NCBI GenBank assembly: GCA_024276825.1 | Contig: JAJRWI010000007.1 | Location: 17,346 to 81,345, forward strand | Length of the DNA: 64,000 nt | Source: an archaeon | GTDB lineage: Archaea; Asgardarchaeota; Thorarchaeia; Thorarchaeales; Thorarchaeaceae | Reading direction: 5' to 3' | In this document: one piece after another, positions 58,701 through 64,000 of the stretch | How the letters are laid out: each line of letters opens with the position of its first letter | How positions within the stretch are numbered: the stretch's first letter is position 1 | Program-made: the position numbers and the translations under genes | The notes under the pieces: generated by a model | Told to the model about the DNA's origin: nothing | Database searches by the model: none | Seen by the model: only the letters and a program-made list of their open reading frames with translations

Positions 58701-61521
58701 AGTATTTGAGCTCTCATATACAGGGACGATATGGAATGTGTCAATTCATGGCATAGATATTGATATTGGCGTCTACGATGCGACTGTTCAGGCATGGCTT
58801 TATGGTTACGAGTTTCAGACTAATATTACTTACAATGTAAACATAACACTTGCACCCAACTCATTCCTTGTGTACTGGACACCGGATAGTATGAATGCAA
58901 CATACTTTGAACAGTTAGAGCTAAGTGTGATTTACACAAATAACAACACTCCCACAGTGGGAGCGGATGTGAATCTGTATGTAAATAGCACGGACGTCTA
59001 TGACCTAGTCTATTCTGCAATTGATGAACGTTGGCATCTGACAATTGATGCAAGAAGCATAGGTCTCGGGACATGGAATGTTACAATTGTTGCCAACAAG
59101 ACAGGTTATGACTCTGGTGTAAATATCGACATCCTACGTATCAGTCCAGATCCATGTAATGTGACCACCAATTGGAGTTCTAGGGAGATCTATTATACTC
59201 ACCAGACCAACTTGAATGTGTCTGTGGAAGACTCGTTTGGTAATGCAATATCAGATGCAATTGTTAATGTCACATTTGATGGGCAAAGTTTTATCCTTCC
59301 CCATTTGGGGGGAGGAGTCTATCAGTTGGCCATCAGTGGTTCAGTTGGCATTGGAAACACGCCAATTAGTATTGAGGTTTATCGATACGCCATTGTCAAT
59401 AGATCTTTGGATGTGGTTCTAAAGGTTATTGAGACACCCACAATTGGAGATGTTGATGTCATCATTGGAGGCTATGATAATAGCACTTTGTATTTTGATG
59501 GATGGATTGAATTTAATGTCACACTAAGAGATATTGATGATTATTCTATAACTGGAATTATTGCCAACATTACAATCGGAACTGAAATATACTATCTGAC
59601 CGAACTTGACCAGGGCAATTACATTCTCAATATTACTGCAGACTTCTTTGGCATTGGACAATATTCTGGCGTAATTCGAGCTGACATCTATGGTTTTACA
59701 GGTTGGAATGCATCATTGGAATTTGAGATATTGCCAATACCCACGAGAGTCATTTTTCACGACCAAATACCATCAATAATGCATGTTAATCAGACAAGTC
59801 AAGTTTCCTTTGAGTTCATCGACTTGCACTCAGGTCAAGTCCTTTATCCGTCAACTCTTGAGGTCACTTGGGCATTTACAGGCATTGAAACTATTGAGAC
59901 TTCATACGCAGTGTTTCAATTCACGTTGAGTGCAATAGGGCTCGATATTGGCAATCACATTCTAAATATCACATTGTATCTTAAGAATTATTCATCATTA
60001 TCAGTATTAAGAGAAGTCACAATTCGGCTGCTATACACTTCACTCGATTGTGAGCTCAGTTTCTCTCAATATGAGCATGAGTTTGTGCTTCTTGCGGTCA
60101 CATTCAATGATCTTGATAGAAACATTCCAATTAGTTGGGGAGAAGTAACAGTAGCAGTCAATGGCGAAACCTATGACATGTTGTATGATGTTGATAATGA
60201 GGACTATATTCTTGATTTCTATATAGATTTGGTTCCTAGAAACTATGTGATTAGATTTATTGCTGCGGCCACTGGCTGCGAGCCAGTTTCAAGAACATCA
60301 ACATTGATTGTTATGGCCAAGACATTATATGACCTAGACATAGATGTTGGACAAGCGATAGAGGGGACAGTTCTTGCAGTAGATGTCACCTTAACAAAGA
60401 ACTCTGAGCCCATACCAAATAAGGCAATACTGGTTCATTTTAGGACCACTATGGGAGTTCAGAATAAGACTGTGATTACTAATACTCAAGGAGTGGCTGA
60501 GGCGACCTTTGTTGTGCCATCAGAAATCAGCAATGTAACTGTTTGGGCTGAGTTTATGGGATCGTCTTCGGAGTGGGCAGTATCGACTCAATTGCTCAAT
60601 CTGCCTGTCAGCCCGCCAGTGAATGTTGTAGCTGAAATAACAGGCTTGTTGATTGATACTCTTGCAGGAAAAATGCTGATAATAGCATTCATTGTTGGTG
60701 TACTGGTTGCTGCTATATACTCATTTAGGATTAAGCCAAAGAGAGAGTTATACAAGGAGATAATATCACAGAATTATGAATATTTCAAGGAATTAGCATC
60801 CATTCAACATTTGCTTCTAATCTATTTTGATAGAGGAGGCTGCATCTCATATCACCAGTTCACTCAAAGCAGACTAAATGCAGATCTCATCAGTGGGTTC
60901 ATAACTGCAATAAATGATGTGTACTTCGAAATTGGTAGCAATGAAGACAGCGCCACTCTTGAGAGTATCAACTATAGGGGACTTACCCTCAATAATGTGA
61001 CGGCGAAATATCTTGTGGGCGTCCTCATCATGAAGAGGAGTGCTTCATCTGTTCTCATGAGACGTTTTGAAGAGTTTGTCAATAAAGTGGAGGAGAAGTA
61101 TAGTAGTGTGCTCTACGAATGGGGAGGCCAGTTATATGACTTTGATCAGACATGGATAGTTGAAACGTTCTATGAATCTATCAAGTACTATTGGGCACTA
61201 CCGCATAAGATCGTCAGAGAAGTTGAAAACACGAAATACAGCACCATCATTGAGATAATCAAGAGCATCATTGATGAAGAGGGATTCTTCATACTTAGTG
61301 ATGTCATTGCAGAAATGAGCAAGGGGGGAATGCCGGAAGAAGAAGCACTTGACTTCTTAATCTCTATGCGCAATGAGAATTTGATAACCCATATTCTAAA
61401 CAGTAATACTATCCGGGAGAAACCAGATGCTGATTGCTTCTTAGTAGATGTAGATGCAGGACCAAAGGAAAAGAAGACTATGTTAGAAGACGAGAAGCAG
61501 TCTGAGGATGATGGTAATTAG
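55744..61521 (+). CDS. Giant single-pass surface glycoprotein (Ig-like repeats) with cytoplasmic longin-like plus winged-helix tail
   Basis: Signal peptide; about 1600 aa beta-rich, sequon-rich ectodomain; TM MLIIAFIVGVLVAAIY; then HLLLIY...NADLISGFITAI. Confidence 0.8.
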   Translation: MKQEKTGGFVMHQHLGYAIMIVLLSFALVELSYNPQVNDAFRQSDENIPEVVSLPSPASEAAGHGTSRQVVLTFSRMFDSQVVSVLNSYSNTSVHQGELDLSKYQVSGWTLYNVTMEITNLTAAPERCVIGGDNGANYEFTIERAPPQYYDSLMQGFYNQTYRAMLLNYSFLHCTPTYDSSTYGDAFVSVLSDYSSGKTNLSNYVSLEDVGSTMTWKTVSTMAELLPNVQYYVVINGSSLIKTSDYPEIRWAYLEIPGNYDTREHSSTAGWDISSLNYEAALNYTYLLWDNSTNAPLIFNDPQIVSLTANNTAMFSSQFKFTSESKNITQIHFNSNQSVYIYHNLTLWYKRTATSSCNWMVLSSGALVEWNSTFSAPFPNVSNVNECVANLSKSKNWNANGLYESQAPSTNHTSFEEHALFVILRFLSAGTWTLTATAHNHVTNINTLDSVMITKSPVIMSYVRDVNSFDVTTGTTNMTIYHQGLPIWKPANKTVANGATSYTWDIDSTTTDNGIYTIEVYWTNGTEAGYLTRSVLVYYPTELTADKYYIDAFTDSTFDVRVYFNETFTPHGLTGSSCTVTYSFGSIVNGTMVDLGNGTWAKTVDTSGMIAGTYQLTVYAEGYALENQSISFQVRLIYETLSLSVSWSNQNNITYLQNTNLTVQYRFVNGTIIRDAIVNVTDGTNIWALNYDTTNQYYWIQFNGSDSVPGFGSYSLNVTFWKYEHQAQFNDTLSLIIREEPTTFTVQWSIPYQNNITYLQQTNLTVLYQLTDGTNITGAWVNVTDGTNYWKLHYDIINQYYWIQFNGSDMLPGFGTWQLNISAWKYKHLEQYNDTTTLTIRLEQTNLSPSWTSKTIDWTQSTILVVNYTDSSGILIPNAEQLDLLVNGTIYTFLGTNGTYWFEFNNSLDLGHFIIECDLRKYGYEPAHIGGVTLDIIEAPTNLLVYWAPANITVDYTQILNIQVEYKCYGQDVPDVAKVNVTINGRVFELSYTGTIWNVSIHGIDIDIGVYDATVQAWLYGYEFQTNITYNVNITLAPNSFLVYWTPDSMNATYFEQLELSVIYTNNNTPTVGADVNLYVNSTDVYDLVYSAIDERWHLTIDARSIGLGTWNVTIVANKTGYDSGVNIDILRISPDPCNVTTNWSSREIYYTHQTNLNVSVEDSFGNAISDAIVNVTFDGQSFILPHLGGGVYQLAISGSVGIGNTPISIEVYRYAIVNRSLDVVLKVIETPTIGDVDVIIGGYDNSTLYFDGWIEFNVTLRDIDDYSITGIIANITIGTEIYYLTELDQGNYILNITADFFGIGQYSGVIRADIYGFTGWNASLEFEILPIPTRVIFHDQIPSIMHVNQTSQVSFEFIDLHSGQVLYPSTLEVTWAFTGIETIETSYAVFQFTLSAIGLDIGNHILNITLYLKNYSSLSVLREVTIRLLYTSLDCELSFSQYEHEFVLLAVTFNDLDRNIPISWGEVTVAVNGETYDMLYDVDNEDYILDFYIDLVPRNYVIRFIAAATGCEPVSRTSTLIVMAKTLYDLDIDVGQAIEGTVLAVDVTLTKNSEPIPNKAILVHFRTTMGVQNKTVITNTQGVAEATFVVPSEISNVTVWAEFMGSSSEWAVSTQLLNLPVSPPVNVVAEITGLLIDTLAGKMLIIAFIVGVLVAAIYSFRIKPKRELYKEIISQNYEYFKELASIQHLLLIYFDRGGCISYHQFTQSRLNADLISGFITAINDVYFEIGSNEDSATLESINYRGLTLNNVTAKYLVGVLIMKRSASSVLMRRFEEFVNKVEEKYSSVLYEWGGQLYDFDQTWIVETFYESIKYYWALPHKIVREVENTKYSTIIEIIKSIIDEEGFFILSDVIAEMSKGGMPEEEALDFLISMRNENLITHILNSNTIREKPDADCFLVDVDAGPKEKKTMLEDEKQSEDDGN
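57694..58278 (+). repeat. Intragenic tandem duplication of a 103-aa (309-bp) Ig-like module
   Basis: NNITYLQ.TNLTV.Y...VNVTDGTN.W.L.YD..NQYYWIQFNGSD..PGFG begins at both 57694 and 58003. Confidence 0.9.
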
Positions 61522-61831
61522 CATTTAATTCAAAGAGTTATTCATTGTATCAATCCCTATTCAGTAATTGACCAAAAATCGAATAGCAATATTCCCCTAT
61601 ATCTTTTTAACTTCAAAAAGAATGACTTGTTTGATGATGACTTATGTCACACATGCCTTCTCTAAATGTCTTTTCAGAAGTCAATAGACATAGAGAAGGG
61701 TCGGTTCGACATCGCATTAAAATTCGGGATGGGGGCAATTCATTTGACAAATATGATTTTCAAAATCAATATTATGTGGTTTGTGTCAGTCTTATGTCAT
61801 TAGTTCAAAGACCAGCAAAGGAGGCCAAGCA

Positions 61832-64000
61832 TTGCCCCGATATTATAGGTTTTTAGTCCTTCTTTTCATGATTGCATTAATGATTTCTGAGATTCCCCTG
61901 TATACTCCTGATTGCAGTAATAACTCGCAGAGGGACATATTTGAGGACTCGTCATTCAGTGTCATCGAAAGCCCCATCACTTCAGAAGCAAGAGGATCAG
62001 GAATAAGTAAAGCTGCAACTCAGTTTCTAACCAGACAGTTTGATCTTCAAAAAATGTCAGTCATGAATACAAATGAAAACACAACAGTTCATAATGGCAC
62101 TCTTGACCTGTCAGGCTACCAGATACCGGGATGGACATTGTATCAAGTCAATATTAATGTTGTAAATCTCACAGCCGCTCCAGAAAGAGAGATTACGAGC
62201 ACTGCAGCTGCCACTTGGAGTTCAAATTTTGAAATATATGAATATTCAAGTAATGTGTACTATGACATTTTATCACAAGGGTTCTACAGCGACCAGCCAT
62301 ATAATGGTTCACTGGTGAATTGTTCAATTTATTATTCAAAAGGCAGATATAATCCTTCAACCTATGGATCAGCATATGTAGTTATCCGAGCCACGTATAA
62401 TCTTGCCAGTTCAAATATAACAAACCCTGTGGAAGTAATAGACACCGGTGGAGTTGCCAAATGGGCCAATATCACTGAAACAACCATACTCGCTGAGTCC
62501 AAGGAGTATTATGTCCTTATTGATGGGAGTCTTCTTCATGAAGGCGGTGTGCCAGCACAGTATCCTGAGATATATTGGGGATATGAGGACACAGCAGGCA
62601 CTTTTGATACGCGCTACCACGACACTTTTGGTGGGGGCAGTTGGTCAAGCAATAGGCCTTATGAGGCCATATTGAAGTATACATATGTCCCTTGGAATAT
62701 TACATCGGACACCCCATTGAAGTTTGCCTCTCCAGAGAGTATAGATCTAAAAGCTAATGGTACACTCGTGGCAGGAAATGTATGGACATTTAATGGCAAC
62801 AATATTTCTGAAGTAGTATTCGATTCTAATCAGTCAGTCTATATATACCACAACATGACATTACGATACCAGAGAAACCTAACCACGAGTACTAGTTGGG
62901 AGGTCCAATCATCAGGGGCATTAGTGAATTGGAATGTTACAGCGTCTATCACATATCCCTCATCAACTAATATCCTTGAGAGAGTTTTGAATTTCACAAT
63001 TTCCAAGAATTGGGATGCTGATGGGCTTTACAACAGTACTTCTCCGAAAACTAATCAGTCGACATTTGAACAGTTTTCAGAGGTTGTTAGAGCATCCTCA
63101 ATGACAAATGGAACATGGACGCTGACCGCTAATGCTCATAATTATGTCGTAGATATTAATAGCTTAAGCAAAGTGGTTATTACAGATAATTTGGTGATCA
63201 CATCATACATCAGAGATATCAACTCAATAAATGCCAATAGCGGAACAACAAATCTTACTGTTTATCAAAGCGGCGCATTAATTTGGGCACCTGAAAACAA
63301 GACAGTAATTGATGGATCAACATCATATACCTGGGATATTGACATAACTACAAGTAATAACGGGACATTCACGATTGAGGTGTTTTGGGCCAATGGTACT
63401 GAAGCTGGATATAGAACATTTGAAGTGGTTGTTTACTATCCAACAGAACTTATTGCAAAAAGTTATTACATAGAGGCGTTCACTAATTCTACTTTTGATA
63501 TCAGGGTCTATTTCAACGAAACATTCACACCTCAGGGACTCACAAGTGCTTCGTCTGTGGTAACATATTCCTTCGGAACAGTTGTCAACAACACCATGGT
63601 GGATCAGAATAATGGCACTTGGACAAAAGTGGTGAGCACAGCAGGTATGTCTGCGGGCTTGTATCAGTTAATGGTCTATGCAGAGGGTTATGCCATTGAG
63701 AATCAGAGTGCTGTTATAAATGTGAAGCTGGTTTATCAAACAAATCCATTAGCGGCCTCATGGTCGAACACCGATAACATCACATATTTACAACAGACCA
63801 ACCTCACAATACAGTACCGGTTTGCGAATGGAACAATTATCACTGATGCTATCGTAAACATCACTGATGGTACTAACACTTGGGGCCTGCACTACGATTC
63901 TGTAAATCAATACTACTGGATCCAGTTCAATGGATCAGATCCCATCCCCGGATTTGGTTCCTATTCATTGAATGTTTCAGCATGGAAAGAGGGATATCAG
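61832..64000 (+). CDS. Paralog of the preceding giant surface protein, 3'-truncated by window edge (not in ORF track)
   Basis: TTG start 7 nt after GGAGG. Translates as LPRYYRFLVLLFMIALM...LDLSGYQIPGWTLY...NLTAAPER near the start and QYYWIQFNGSD...YSLNVSAWKEGYQ in the same frame at the window end; collinear with 55744..61521. Confidence 0.88.
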   Translation, partial: MPRYYRFLVLLFMIALMISEIPLYTPDCSNNSQRDIFEDSSFSVIESPITSEARGSGISKAATQFLTRQFDLQKMSVMNTNENTTVHNGTLDLSGYQIPGWTLYQVNINVVNLTAAPEREITSTAAATWSSNFEIYEYSSNVYYDILSQGFYSDQPYNGSLVNCSIYYSKGRYNPSTYGSAYVVIRATYNLASSNITNPVEVIDTGGVAKWANITETTILAESKEYYVLIDGSLLHEGGVPAQYPEIYWGYEDTAGTFDTRYHDTFGGGSWSSNRPYEAILKYTYVPWNITSDTPLKFASPESIDLKANGTLVAGNVWTFNGNNISEVVFDSNQSVYIYHNMTLRYQRNLTTSTSWEVQSSGALVNWNVTASITYPSSTNILERVLNFTISKNWDADGLYNSTSPKTNQSTFEQFSEVVRASSMTNGTWTLTANAHNYVVDINSLSKVVITDNLVITSYIRDINSINANSGTTNLTVYQSGALIWAPENKTVIDGSTSYTWDIDITTSNNGTFTIEVFWANGTEAGYRTFEVVVYYPTELIAKSYYIEAFTNSTFDIRVYFNETFTPQGLTSASSVVTYSFGTVVNNTMVDQNNGTWTKVVSTAGMSAGLYQLMVYAEGYAIENQSAVINVKLVYQTNPLAASWSNTDNITYLQQTNLTIQYRFANGTIITDAIVNITDGTNTWGLHYDSVNQYYWIQFNGSDPIPGFGSYSLNVSAWKEGYQ

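Noticed and set aside
61644-62675. Small ORFs listed in the last 2.4 kb
   Set aside because: Superseded by the long paralogous ORF starting at 61832, which the track missed because it has no stop within the window.

Overview
Gene-dense archaeal chromosomal segment, most consistent with an Asgard archaeon (Thorarchaeia-like). This is inferred from longin-domain, PCI-domain, ZPR1, DUF2070 and MEMO1-type genes and giant sequon-rich surface proteins. No rRNA, CRISPR array or recognisable mobile element was seen. Metabolic genes: a glycyl-radical enzyme operon; a five-gene NuoE/NuoF/NuoG-like + NfnA/NfnB redox operon whose nfnB has an in-frame TAG; a membrane pyrophosphatase; a 2-oxoacid:ferredoxin oxidoreductase operon. 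Other genes: a MoxR/VWA pair, tRNA-Ala(UGC), a PadR-regulated heterodimeric ABC exporter with visible operators, and two tandem giant surface-protein paralogs (the second runs off the window and is absent from the ORF track). The best candidate for an undescribed system is the operon at 25317-30932: a catalytically dead AAA protein, an Smc5/6-like SMC, a kleisin and an Nse1/Nse3(MAGE)-like kite protein. Also notable are an NPRL2-like longin-winged-helix protein, a receptor-like giant protein with a cytoplasmic longin domain, a catalytically dead SAMHD1-like HD protein, and a structured 117-nt intergenic element enclosing an antisense 26-codon ORF. All family calls come from motif recognition by eye and recalled consensus; no database searches were run.
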